From: Lama glama
Lineage: Eukaryota
DNA: 64,000 nt
Direction of reading: 5' to 3'
Assembly: GCA_028534125.1 (NCBI GenBank)
Contig: CM052817.1
Coordinates: 31,374,001 to 31,438,000, forward strand
A model generated the notes under the pieces. The model did not search any database. It had not been told where the DNA came from and saw only the letters and a list, made by a program, of their open reading frames with translations. This document shows positions 1-12,209 of this stretch, in pieces (the first letter of the stretch is position 1; every line of letters starts with the position of its first letter). The position numbers and the translations under genes are program-made.

Positions 1-244
1 TAAAATGACTGTTGTAAAAATAAAATAAAATAAATATTTGATGGTCTGTCTTCCAACACACCAAGACCTTCAGCCAGAGTGGTCAGTGATGTCTCCTCAG
101 CACTGATAACCATGATAATTAAACCTCATGTAATTCATTGTTTACTGTCTATCTCCCCAGTGAGAGCTGTGAACTCCACAAGGCAGGGGCTGTGTCTATG
201 CTGTCCATCACTGTGTCTCCAGTGTCTGGCTCAAAGCCATGCAT

Positions 245-1560
245 AGTCATTCATTCAACACTTATTTACTCAGCACCAGGCTTTCTTCTGAGCACTGAGA
301 AGTCAATAGTAGTTCATTTGTGTCCCCTTTTTTTTAGATCCCACAGATAAGTGATATCATGTGGCATCTCTCTTTCTCTTTCTGGCTTACTTCATTTAGA
401 GTGATGATCCCCAGGTCCATCCATGTTGCTGCAAATGGCATTATTTCATTCTGTTTTATGGCTGAGTAGTACTCCATTGTATATATATACACCACATCTT
501 CTTTATCCAGTCATCTGTTGAATGAATTACTTATTATTTATAACTTAGATGATTGATTTCTTGAATATGTGTAAGCATATTTGACTGCTCTTTATGATTG
601 GATTACTGAATTCTGTTGATTCTTAGTTTGTGGTTGGTTTTATTCCTTTGATAACTATATAAGTTTAAAAAGCTAACGTTCTAAACTGTTAGAAACAATG
701 AACAGTACATACATGTAAATTTTTAAAAACGTGCAGTATATTGTATATATGTATTTACATGCAATATATTGTATATGTGCATTCAAATTATATCAATTTT
801 ACCTAATAAAACTGAAAAACGAAAAAAAAATATTCACGTTAAAAAAAAAGAAGTCAATAGTAAACGAAACTAAGTTCCTGCCCTCGTGGAGTATATATTC
901 TAATGGGGTAAGAAAGACAATAAACAAAGCAGTAAACACAGAAGTCAGACAGTGATTAGTAATATGATAAAGCAAGGGGATAGAAAATGGTGTGGGGATG
1001 GGGGAGGATGTTTAGATGGAGTACTCAGGGAAAGCCTCACCCAGCAGAGACCTCAATACAGGGACAGAGCTAGCCACGCCCAGTTCTGGGGGAAGATCCT
1101 GCCTGGCAAGAGGACATGTGCCAAGCCAAGTGCTTAGCATATTTAAAGAACAGCAAGGAGGCCAGATGGCTAAGTTGGAGGAAGCAAGGGGAGAGGGGGA
1201 GGAGTTAAGGTCTTGGAGAGGGGGAGGAGTTAAGGTCTTAGAGGACAGATCATGTGGAGAACCATTAGGTTCAAGCTGTCAGAGCAATTCAGTGAGAGAT
1301 GGCAGTGGGTCAGACCAGGATGGCAGAAGTGGGTGGAGGTGGTGAGAAGGGGATATATTTCTAAGATAGAGGCAATAAGATTTGCTGATTGATTGGATTT
1401 GGGATTTGAGTGAAAGAGTAGAGTCGAGGTTGACTTTAGGTTTTTTGACCTAAGAAACCAAAGAATAGGCTGCAATTTAATGAGATAGGAAAGTCACCAA
1501 AAAGAATAGGCTGGAGGGAGAGGGAGTTCGGGGGTTCTGTTAGGAAAATAAAAAATGAGT
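245..1560 (-). mobile_element. Degraded L2 LINE, split by the L1 insertion at 312-848
   Basis: CATTCATTCAACA...CCTGCCCTCGTGGAG...AGACAATAAAC resembles the antisense L2 3' end and continues across the TSD. Confidence 0.7.
312..848 (+). mobile_element. 5'-inverted L1 insertion with atypical tail and 3' transduction, inserted into an L2
   Basis: 14-bp TSD AGAAGTCAATAGTA (298-311 and 849-862); L1 3' segment antisense at 312-520, then a sense tail, AATAAA and poly(A). Confidence 0.8.
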
Positions 1561-1608
1561 GCAGGTCAGTGCCTCAGTAATATTCATTGAAATGGATAAA
1601 TGAAAAAC

Positions 1609-2108
1609 NNNNNNNNNNNNNNNNNNNNNNNNNNNNNNNNNNNNNNNNNNNNNNNNNNNNNNNNNNNNNNNNNNNNNNNNNNNNNNNNNNNNNNNNNNNN
1701 NNNNNNNNNNNNNNNNNNNNNNNNNNNNNNNNNNNNNNNNNNNNNNNNNNNNNNNNNNNNNNNNNNNNNNNNNNNNNNNNNNNNNNNNNNNNNNNNNNNN
1801 NNNNNNNNNNNNNNNNNNNNNNNNNNNNNNNNNNNNNNNNNNNNNNNNNNNNNNNNNNNNNNNNNNNNNNNNNNNNNNNNNNNNNNNNNNNNNNNNNNNN
1901 NNNNNNNNNNNNNNNNNNNNNNNNNNNNNNNNNNNNNNNNNNNNNNNNNNNNNNNNNNNNNNNNNNNNNNNNNNNNNNNNNNNNNNNNNNNNNNNNNNNN
2001 NNNNNNNNNNNNNNNNNNNNNNNNNNNNNNNNNNNNNNNNNNNNNNNNNNNNNNNNNNNNNNNNNNNNNNNNNNNNNNNNNNNNNNNNNNNNNNNNNNNN
2101 NNNNNNNN
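1609..2108. other. Assembly gap (500 N)
   Basis: Run of N. Confidence 1.
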
Positions 2109-4370
2109 ACTCAGTCAGAAATTACAAGACACGAAAAGAAGCAGGAAAATGTGAACTATAATCAGAAAAAACAAATCAGTCAATAGTTGGAGATCTAGCA
2201 GAGATGCAGACATGACAGAGATGGTGGAATTAACAGACAAGGACCTTAAAATATATATTATAAATATGCTCAGGAATTCAAAGCAAAATGTACAGAATGA
2301 ATAAAAAATATGAAAGACATGAAAAAAATAACAAATGGAAATTTAAGAAATTAAAATTAGACTATCTGAAATGAAAAATTCACCAGATGTCTATTCAATG
2401 GACTAGACAATACAGAAGATAGGCTCAGTAAACTTGAAGACATAGCAACAGAAGCTGACCCAACTGAAGCAAGAGATAAAACATCAGAGCCTATATTAAG
2501 TGGCTCCGTAAAACTGGTGTCCTAGAAGGGAGGTGGTAAAAACAAAAATTTGAAGAACCAATGGCCAAAACAAACATTTGAAGAACTAATGGCCAACAAT
2601 TTTCCAAATTTGATGAAAAGTGTAAGCCTACATAATCAAGAATCTCAATGAACCCACACACAGAATAAACACAAAGAAAATCATACCTAGGCAAATAAAA
2701 GCCCAATTATTGAAAATAAATGGAAAAAAAATTTTTAAACAGCCAGAGGGGAAAAAAAGGTATATTACATACAGTGGGAAAAAACCAAACAAATAGTCAC
2801 AGCCTTCTAATAGAAACAATGTAAGCTAGAAAACAACGGAACAGTATCTTCAAAGTGCTGAAAGAAAAGAAATACTGTCAACTACTATATATAAAGTAGA
2901 TAAGCAACAAGGTCCTACTGTATAGCATAGGCAACTATATCTAATATCTTGCATTAGCCTATAATGAAAAAGAATATGAAAAGGAATATATATCATATAC
3001 GTATAACTAAATCATTATGTTGGACACTAGAATTTAACACAACATTGTAAACTGACTATGCTTCAATAAAAATAAAATAAAATTTAAGAAGAAATACTGT
3101 CAACTTATACTTCTTTACCAAGAAAAAGTAGCTTTAAAACACAAAGACAAAAATAAAGACTTTTTTCAGGCAAATAAAAATGGAGAGAACTTATGGCTAG
3201 CAAATCTACACTATAAGAAATGATAAAGGAACTTTTTTAATATTTGATCCAACCACATAAATAATTATAAAATATATAAGCAGACTTAAAAGGCTCTTTA
3301 AAAGCAAAAATTGTCATCTTGGTTAGAAAAGTAAAATGTAACTATATGTCATTTACAAGAAGTAAGTTTTAAATACAAAGGTAAGTTAGAGGTAAAGGGA
3401 TAGAAAAAGACATAACATATAAACCCTAATAATAAAACAGCTGGTTCAGCTATATTAATATCAAAGTAAATTCAAATCAAAAAGTATTACCAGGGACATT
3501 TAATAATGATAAAAATATAAATTTATTAAGAAGACATAATAATCCTATTTGTATATACACCTAATGACAAAGCTTCAAAAAATTCATGAAGCAAAAACTG
3601 ACAGCACTAAATTTCTAGTCAAAATTACAATTACAGGTGATTTTAATGCTTCTTCCTCAGCAACTGATGGAACAAATTTAAAAATCAGTAATAAACTAGA
3701 TTTTGAGAAGCCAGTTTAATCTAATTGACATTTATAAAACACTCTACCCAACAACTGCAGAACACACATTCTTTTCAATTTCACTTGGAACACTTACCAA
3801 GATATATCATATGCTGAGCCATAAACCAAATCACAATACATTTCAAAGGACTGTTATTATACAGAGTTAAATTATATATCAATAACAGAAGGATGTCTGG
3901 AAAATCCCCAGATATTCGGAAATCAAGTAACACATTCCTAAATAAACCATGGGTCAGAGGAAAAAAAATCACAAGCAACATTTGAAAATATTTTAAACTA
4001 AATTATAATAAAAACAACATATCAAACATATCAAAATATATCAAACATATTAAAAACATATCAACATATCAAAACTTGTGGGATGCAGCTAAAGTAGTAT
4101 TTGGAAGCAAATGTTAGCTTTAAATGCTTGTATTAGAAGGAATAAAGTTTTAAAATCAATAATCTAAGTTTCTACCTTAGAAACCAGTAGAGCAGATAAA
4201 CTCAATGTAGAAAGAAAGAAATAATAAAAAAGGCAGAAGTCAGTGAAATTTTAAAATTTAAAAATCAGTAAAGAAAATCACTAAAGGTAAATTTGGTTCT
4301 TGGGAAAGATTAATAAGATTGATAGCCTCCAATCTAGAGTGACTGAGGAAAAAATAAGGAATCACAAATT
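2109..4370 (+). mobile_element. Old L1 (L1M-type) ORF1 / ORF2-endonuclease remnant
   Basis: A-rich; L1-like segments (CAACAACTGCAGAACACACATTCTT, TGGGATGCAGCTAAAG); many stops. Confidence 0.8.
2884..3088 (+). mobile_element. Younger L1 3' end nested in the old L1
   Basis: 17-bp perfect TSD AAGAAATACTGTCAACT (2867-2883 and 3089-3105); L1 3' UTR with A-rich tail. Confidence 0.85.
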
Positions 4371-6279
4371 CCCAGTAGTAGACTTGGAATAGTGCTAGGC
4401 AGAACTATAACATTTCTGCAAATAGTCTGAAGCCCCCTCCACAACTACCATCCCCTCTGCCTTAGTCACTTCATTCCCTGCCCCAGGAATCTCAGATCTC
4501 TCCAGAATCTAGCAGATGAGGGATTCAAGCTTTACACAATAGGTACCCTCTCGGACTCTGTGCTGCTCAAAGAACCTGCAGCCTTATCCCTTGAGGCTTT
4601 CTGGTTTTAATGATTGTTCATTATTTTGACCATCACTACTGGGTCTAGGTGACCTAGTACAAAAAACAATAAGACTGGAGCGGACATTTTAGAGGATCTC
4701 ATTTATTACTAGAAAAGGAATTTTCCCAGAGTCATAAAATGGGCTGGTTTGAGGTTTTTGAATGTTCTTCTCCTGATTAAATAAACACTATGCTTTGGGG
4801 GGAAGAAAAAATCCTCAAAATGAATGTCACTTGTGACAGTCTATGGTGCTCTAACTGCATAATATCCAAAGTTATCTAGAAAAAGGCAGTGAAGGAAAAT
4901 ACAGTACAAAGGCAACATTTAAACTGGAAAAACAGTGATATTAAATAGGCTTAAATATTTTTTCTGTATGTTTTCCCCTTTATTTTCAGAACTAAAAAAC
5001 AACAATTATACCAAAGTGCCTGCTACCTAAGATAGACTTTAAGAAGAAATTAGAATTAGTTTTTATCAAAAATAAAAACTCAGAGGTACATTTTTAGTTT
5101 TTTTTTATTTAGCAAATAAGTTAAAAGCGTATACTGAAGCTAGATTTCCTTAGTTAGCATACCAGCTCCACAACTTAATAGCTGTGTGCATAGGCAAATT
5201 ACATAATCTCTATATGCCTCCCTTTCCTTATCTGCAAAGTGGGGATTAATAATAGTATCTATCTATTTTGCTGATTTAAAAGGCAAACATTTATAAAGTG
5301 TTTAGAATAATGTTTGCCTACACAAATGCTAAACGTATGTCAGTTAAATAAGTAATAAATAATACTTTGGATCACTGTTTACTATCATCACCAATCTTTG
5401 ATAAAAGAAACATCAAGTCTGTTGTTCAAACAAAACGTTTAAATAGAAATCTAAGTTTTAAGGCTTGTTATCCAAATTTGAGAAAAATCTCCTTCCCTTC
5501 CAAATTTCACCTATTGCCCTCCCCATGCTATTTCTTCTCCACCAAGCCAACCACTGTGAAAGTGTGTGCTTTGTATTGTTTGGCTGACTGATCTTAACTC
5601 TTCTCTCTTCAGCCTAAGAACAAGAAAAGCAAGATTGAGGCCTCTGCTGTGAAACTCCTAGGTAATAAAGTCAATAGTACTGCTTTGCTTACCCAGAGCA
5701 AAGGCAAGCTAAGCAGACAAGAGGACTTCCTTCAATGCTGAAGTCCCAGGGCACAGAGGCACTTCGTTCCTGTGGTGAGGGTTTTAACAGGAATTGTGCC
5801 CATTTCGTGTCCTTTAACGACCTTGGGAGCATATGTTACCAAGCCTTCCATTGACTAGTTGGTTAAATTACTTAATCTCACTTTTCCTCTGATCCCTCCT
5901 CTGTAAACTAGGGGTTAATAGACTATGTTATGAGATATGAGTTAATGCATATAAAGTGCCTGCCTACATAAGGCACAGTAAAGCAGGAGTATCATAAATG
6001 TTAACTAGTATTATTTTGCAGGAGTTAGTCTCTTCTGTTTGAGCATCGCCTTTCCTTTAGGGTTTATTGCAAATAACTATATGGCTTAGTAAAAAGGGTG
6101 AGGGAGGGCCGAAGTTTGAAGCCGAGGGACTGTGGGAGAAGTTGATAATAACACAAAACGGCAAAGTCTGTTCTAAAGCCGCCAGAATAAACTTTAGTAT
6201 GGTATTCTGAGCAGAATCCCAGTGGCCACAACTTCCCTATACAGCTGCTAACTTCCAAAGCAGGGCCCTCAAAATTCAG

Positions 6280-7570
6280 TAGCAGGAGACTTTTTGACCC
6301 CGGAGGAGCCAGAAGGGGGCCTCTCAGCACAGACTTTACTCCACCAAATTCCCTGAGAGTTGGCCCGGCGGCCTCCACGCTCCGAGAGGCGCGTTCACCC
6401 TGCGAGGCGTGTCTGTGCTTCTGCACTGCTTGGCTCCTGCGGCAGTCCCGCCGGTCCCACCTGTGCCCCGGGGCGGCCGCCGCAGCCCGGTGGGGAGAAT
6501 TAGAGCCCAACCCTCGAACCTCGGGGGCGTGGCTCGCGCGGAGGCCCCACCCCGCCACCCCCATTGGCTGAGGCTGCCAGGGCGGGTCTGCTCAGACCAG
6601 CCCGAGACCCAGCGGCTCCGCCCGAACGCTGGTCCATGGGGAGAAGCAGAAGCCCAGGTGGGTGAGGAACGAGCTTCTGCGCCCAGGAAGCCCGCAGGGG
6701 CCATGGGAGGACAGGTGAGGCTACCGCCTGGAGAGCCCTGTCGAGAAGGTGAGTGACTGCCCCGAGCAGGGGGACCTGGCATCGGGGTGGCGATGAGACA
6801 GTGGAGACCAGAAAGGGATACACGGACTCTTAAACACTCATTCATGCATTTATTCAGTCATTCAGCCAATCAGCTGGGCAACAGATACTTATTGGCGTCT
6901 ACAATACGCCAGACTCTGTGGGAATGCCTGAGTCGAACTAGACATACGCGGCTCCTACTCTAGTCCGGGAGGCAGATCTATGTAAATTACGGAGAGCTGA
7001 GTATCGTGACGGGGTACTCAGGGAGGTGTGGGAAAACTCCCAAGGCTCGGCTGAAAAGACACGCTTCTACTGACTCAGACTCACTTCCAGAGTCCGTGAT
7101 CAACGTCACCCAGTGGGCAGAGGGCGTGCCCCGGGACCGGCGGGAGTCGGTCTTGCGCCCAGGGCTTGGCGAGGGTCACACACTGGAGAGTCTGGCGCCT
7201 TGAACCCCTAGGGGAAGGCGTGGATAAGTCTTGGCCACCCACACCTCCTTTCTTCCTTCGAGATGAAAACGTCTCCAACCCCAGCAGCCTCGTGTCTGAC
7301 TGTGCAGCCACTTCTTGCCAGCGTAAGTCAGGAGGCGAGCAGAGGAGGAGACCAGGAACTGGGCGCAGTCACTGGCAGGTTTTTCACAGCTTTGTGGTCT
7401 GTGGTTTCCGCCGCCACCCAAGTCCTGTAAAATCTCAGGGTGCCGCCCCTTGCCCTTGCTAGGTGTTTACAACACTGGCAGGTTTTCCACAGCCTCAATA
7501 CAGAACGCCCTTGTGAGTCTAGATAAAAGTAGGGACCGGGGTCCCGCGGCGGGGGTGGAGGGAAGTGCGG
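6280..7570. promoter_or_regulatory. CpG island, TATA-less (probably bidirectional) promoter of NIPAL1
   Basis: High GC and CpG density; GC boxes (GGGGCGTGGC ~6524, GGGCGG 6580, CTCCGCCC 6616); inverted CCAAT (ATTGG 6563); contains NIPAL1 exon 1. Confidence 0.85.
6703..6748 (+). CDS. NIPAL1: NIPAL1 coding exon 1 (MGGQVRLPPGEPCRE-G)
   Basis: Strong Kozak gccATGg at 6703; donor AG|GTGAGT at 6749; 46 nt, phase 1; matches the recalled NIPAL1 N-terminus MGAQVRLPPGEPCREG. Confidence 0.93.
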
Positions 7571-10456
7571 ACGGCTCTGAACTGAAGTGTATCAACTGAA
7601 ACGACAGTTTTCAGTTTTCAGAGTCCAGGGGAAAGCCGATTTCTAATTTATCTGGTAAGGAACGTAAACAGTGAGGGGGCAGTGAGAGGCGTGGCAAGAA
7701 CTCTACTTCTCCAAAATTGCTGGTAATTTCCCCGGTTTTCTCTCCTTTTGGCTCTCCTAGCTTATTGCTTAATGCGGGGAGTTTTTAGAAAAAGAAAAGG
7801 AAAGAAAAATAAAGTCAATGAACTAGTCAAAACTGTGCCAGAAGGAGAAAGAAAGAACACAAAGAAAGAAAAATGCCTGAACAATTCACAAACTATTCAA
7901 AAGCTGTGGTTTTGGAAGTGGTTACTAAGGCAGCTGGATCTAGAATTATTTCCTAGATAGTCAGATTGTGTGACCTTTGTCTAAAAAATTCCTAAACCAG
8001 TAAGTCAGACTACTGATACATCCAACCCTTGTTTACCGAAGGATCTGTAAGTAAGGAGGCTGTGTGAATTACACCACTTGTCCGAACTTAAGGATGGTTT
8101 TCCTGCTTTGCTCATGCGTTTAGTTTCAACACGAAGTATTCAAGCTTGATGCTTAATAACTGGGATTAACTGTGGTAATTGAGTGGGAGACTGGTGGCAA
8201 AGACTTGAGAGAAATCAGAATCATTGTAAGTAATGGGAAGAGATTAGGCTTTGCTTCCAGTCTTCTCAGCTATGACAGCCTCCTTAAGTCTTCGTGTAGA
8301 AACTGGGAATAATGCCTATAGTTTAGAGTTGTGAGGAATAGATGCAGCTGGGATTTACCTAAGAAGCACACAGTTAAGAGCCTGACAAGGACTAAAGCCT
8401 CCATTTTTCACTTGTTCATTTATTCAAATGACAGTAGTCCTATGTGCCAGACGTTGGCCTAGGTTCTAGTAGACAGGGATTTACAAGACAGTCTGGTCCT
8501 AGAGGCCCAGAGAACTGATTAAGTTTTCAGAACTAGCAATCAAACCAAGCACAGTATTATTTGAGCCTTTGATTTTTTTTTTTTCCCTGTAGGTGACCAT
8601 CCCCATTCTCTGGCCTCTTGGATGCAATGATACACATTTTAATGATTCTGAGATTTTACTCTTAAAAAAATCGATATCATAAACATTTTTCAAAATCCCA
8701 CCAAATGCACATAATTTTTACCATCAAGACAAGCTGCATTTTCTAAGTAAAATATAGCCTCTTTTGTGTTCCACTAAAAAAGATTTTCTCCAGATTTGCA
8801 CAAGATTAAAAGCATAAGTTTTCCCAGCCTTCCATAGATTTCATAAGTGCTGAAATTCCAGTGCTTAAAGGAAGTAAAATTCTTTACTAAAGGTTGTTCA
8901 GAAAATATGTTATTGATTGTAGCAGTTTATGTGGGGATTCTGATGGTCAACAGTCTCCTCATAGAGTATTTGGCTTCCAGACAACACTGATCATGGGATG
9001 ATCTTGTTTAGAGATACAAGTTTTTAACTTTTTTAAAAAATCAACAGTATCTGCTCCGTTTTATTTGGGTTGAATGAAATAATGGGCTTCTTACCCAGCA
9101 CTATCGGAGTTTATCTGTAGATATATCTACTATGACTCAAGTCCCAAATTTGCTCAGAATTATTTCTCATACTTACTCTGCTCCAAATTTGCTCTAAAGT
9201 ATTTCTCATTTCTATTCTACTCCCCTTATTCCTGCTTCATTGTTAGTTTTCTCATGAGCACTGTCAGCTCCAGGAGAACAGAGACCTGTTTATTTGTCTT
9301 GCAGATCACTATCTCACCAAGTTTCAGAACGGGGCAGGGCACACAGGAAGTGCTCAGTAAGAATTTAAATGTTAAATGAATGAATACCTAATATGGTGCC
9401 CTGTGTGGTAGGAACAACTGGTTTGTTGGGTGAATAAATGAAATAGATATATGGATATACAGCATTGTTACAAGGCTTCATTAAGCTGTAAGAGCAAGTT
9501 TGCTTGGTTGGCAGTACTAAGTTGTATGATGGAAAGTGAGAAGTCCCTTTAGATGGGAAGGGCAGAGAAAGCATTTTAAGTGAGAGCTCAGGGAAGGAGT
9601 TAGCCCTGCCAGCCACTTCTGGGACCAACTAACAGGTAAAGGCAACTGAAAAGCTTTAAGGTGAGATGGAGTTTAGCCTATGAAAGAAGGGGGTGGGGAG
9701 CAAGGTTACAGAGATAGCTGGAGGCAGGATTCTGTAGGTCCTTCTAGTCTGCGATGGGGATTGTGGATTTTTTTCTGAATGAGAAGAAAAGCCATTGTAA
9801 AATTTTGGAAGGAGAAATGACAAGATTGGGCCCATTGATCTAAAGGGTCATTTTGTCTGATGCTGCTCCCTGGTACTCTTTGACCTCATCTCATATAATC
9901 TCCCTGCTCTCACCAGCCAGCCTGGGTGGTACAGTTCTTTGCACCCCCCCAAGCAAATTCCCATGTCAAATTCCCATGTTTTTGCATTTACACTTAACAG
10001 AGGTTTTTCACTTAATGCTGTTTAAAAAAAAAATCCTCTTTGCTTCTTTACTGCTTTCCACGGCACTGAGCATATTGTGAAGTTATTAGTTCACTTGTTT
10101 ATTTCCTTCTATTAGAATGACTATAACAGAGCAGGAATTGTATTTTATTACCTCTTGTATCCCTAACTTCAGAAAATGCCTAACGGATAGGAGATACTCA
10201 ATAAATATTTATTGAATCAAAGAGTGAAAAAAAATTAGTGATGTTTCAGAGAGTGAGAGAGACTAGTGCAGTGTAATGTCAGAAGTGAGCAAGTTTTGAG
10301 CATGGAAAGCTTTTTAAAAGTCCAGTGGAAAAAAATCAAGGGGGGATGGGGAATTAAGCAAAGGAGTGACATAATCCAATTTGCACTGGCTGCTATTTGG
10401 AAAATAAATTATAGGGATTTAATTCATTCTTTCCTTTGCTAATGTAAATAGGCAGG

Positions 10457-10915
10457 TGTATCAGTCAGCTGCTGCTGCATAACACACAACCCAAAACCCA
10501 GTGGCTAAAAACAACAGTCACATATTTCTGTTTATGTGTCATATAGTCCTATTTATGTGTAGGTCAGCTGATGGTTGACTGATCTAGACCAGGTACACCT
10601 GGGTGACTGCATCAGGCTAAATGCCCACCTGGCTTTGGCCCCTTAATGTGGGATGAGCTTAGGTTTGCTGTGTGTTTTCATTCTGCGATCAAGCTAAAGA
10701 GGCAGCAGCTCTTCAGGGTTGCTCTATTCCTGACAAGTACAGAGGTGCAAGAGAGTAAATCCAACCACATAATTACATTTAAAACTCTCTCCTTATATCA
10801 CTTCTACTGATGTCCCATTGGCCACCAACTTGACATCAGGGGAAGAATATTCTGCCCAGGTCAGGAGGGTAAGGAAGTGAGAATGTCTGCAGAATAATAA
10901 TTAAACTAACCAAGT
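10457..10915. mobile_element. MaLR (MLT1-like) LTR
   Basis: TGTATCAGTCAGCTGCTGCTGCATAACA...CCCAAAACCCAGTGGCTAAAAACAACA resembles an MLT1 terminus. Confidence 0.65.
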
Positions 10916-11604
10916 AGAATAGATGATGAGATGATGATTTCCTCAAATTGGAAGTATCTTACAGCAATTAAAAATGTAATCACTGATTTCTCAGAAATGA
11001 AATATCCTACTCTATGCAATAAATTGGATAATTTAAATTATTATTCTCTCTATATAAATAGGACTTGAAAAATTATTCAGAGCATTTCATCTTTGTGTAA
11101 GCATTAATAAAAAATTTTAACTGGCTTTGTTTATACCTTATGTTTTTACTTTTCTGAAACAGAATAGTAGCCTGAGAAATGGGTTACTGGCCCTAATTTT
11201 GGCAGTTGCATGACTTTGGCGGGTCACTTAATATCTTGGCTTCAGTTTCTTTAAAATGTCTTCCAGCTATAAGTACCTATGAATTTAGAGCTGGTCCATC
11301 AACAACATTTATGAACAGCCAGGACTGTAAGTAAATTACTCTGGGAACCAAGATATCTTATGATCAAACCATAAAATTACAGAAGGGATCTTTAGAATCA
11401 TTGAGTCAAACTCCCTCATTTTAGAGATGAAAAAATTGAAGCCAAGAGTGATTATTCACCTTGTCCAGGATTATAGATACTTAGTACAGAGTTCAAGGTG
11501 GGGAAAGGCATATAACCCTGTAGAAAATTCAACTTTGTTTTTAAAGTGTGTATGTATGTGTATGTATGTGTATGTAGATGTTCACACTTGTATATGAAGA
11601 TACA

Positions 11605-11687
11605 TATTAAATTGAATGATATGAAATTGCTATTTCTGTAGGGTCAAAAATGGTCAAATATCATCAATTTCATATGGTTCAACATAT
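11605..11687. mobile_element. MADE2-like mariner MITE (~80 bp palindrome)
   Basis: TTGAATGATATGAAATTG...CAATTTCATATGGTTCAA inverted termini; central GGTCAAAAATGGTC. Confidence 0.75.
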
Positions 11688-12060
11688 TGAGAACATTAGC
11701 AATACTGTTTGTAAGAGCAAAAACACTATAAATTACACAAATGTCTGCCAAATATAAAATAGAAAAATTAATGGTGAGATTGTCATACAGTGGAATTCTA
11801 TAGAACAAGGAGGAAAAAACAAACCCTACAGCCGCATGCATCAAGACTGATAAATCTCAAAAACAAGCAAGTCACCGAAGAATACATACTATATGGTCAC
11901 ATTTTCATAAGGTCAAAAAGAAGCAAACTAAACAATTTATTATTTAAATATATAATCTTATAGAGGAAATTATTTTTTTAGAGTAAAAGAATATTAGACA
12001 AAATTGAGATAGTTGTTACCTCGAAGGGTAATGTTTTACTTCTTAAATTGGGTGGTTGAT

Positions 12061-12209
12061 GGCGGGGAGGGCATAGCAATGGCAGAGCACGTGCCTAGCA
12101 AGTACAAGGTCCTGGGTTCAATCCCAAGTACCTCCATTAAATACAAGCAAATAAATAAAACCCAATTACCTCCCCCCAAAATGAAATAATACTAAACAAA
12201 TATTTTTTT
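12061..12209 (+). mobile_element. tRNA-derived SINE (camelid Vic-1-like)
   Basis: B box GGTTCAATCCC, AATTACCTCCC tail; 15-bp TSD AATTGGGTGGTTGAT (12046-12060 and 12210-12224). Confidence 0.85.

Noticed and set aside
1587..2186. Long ORFs of 199 and 184 aa
   Set aside because: Artefacts of the 500-N gap.
4014..4075. Iterated AACATATCAA units (array-like)
   Set aside because: Slippage expansion inside an old L1; no spacers, so not CRISPR-like.
6064..7462. Several 100-170 aa ORFs on both strands
   Set aside because: Stop-poor GC-rich CpG island; only 6703-6748 matches a known protein.
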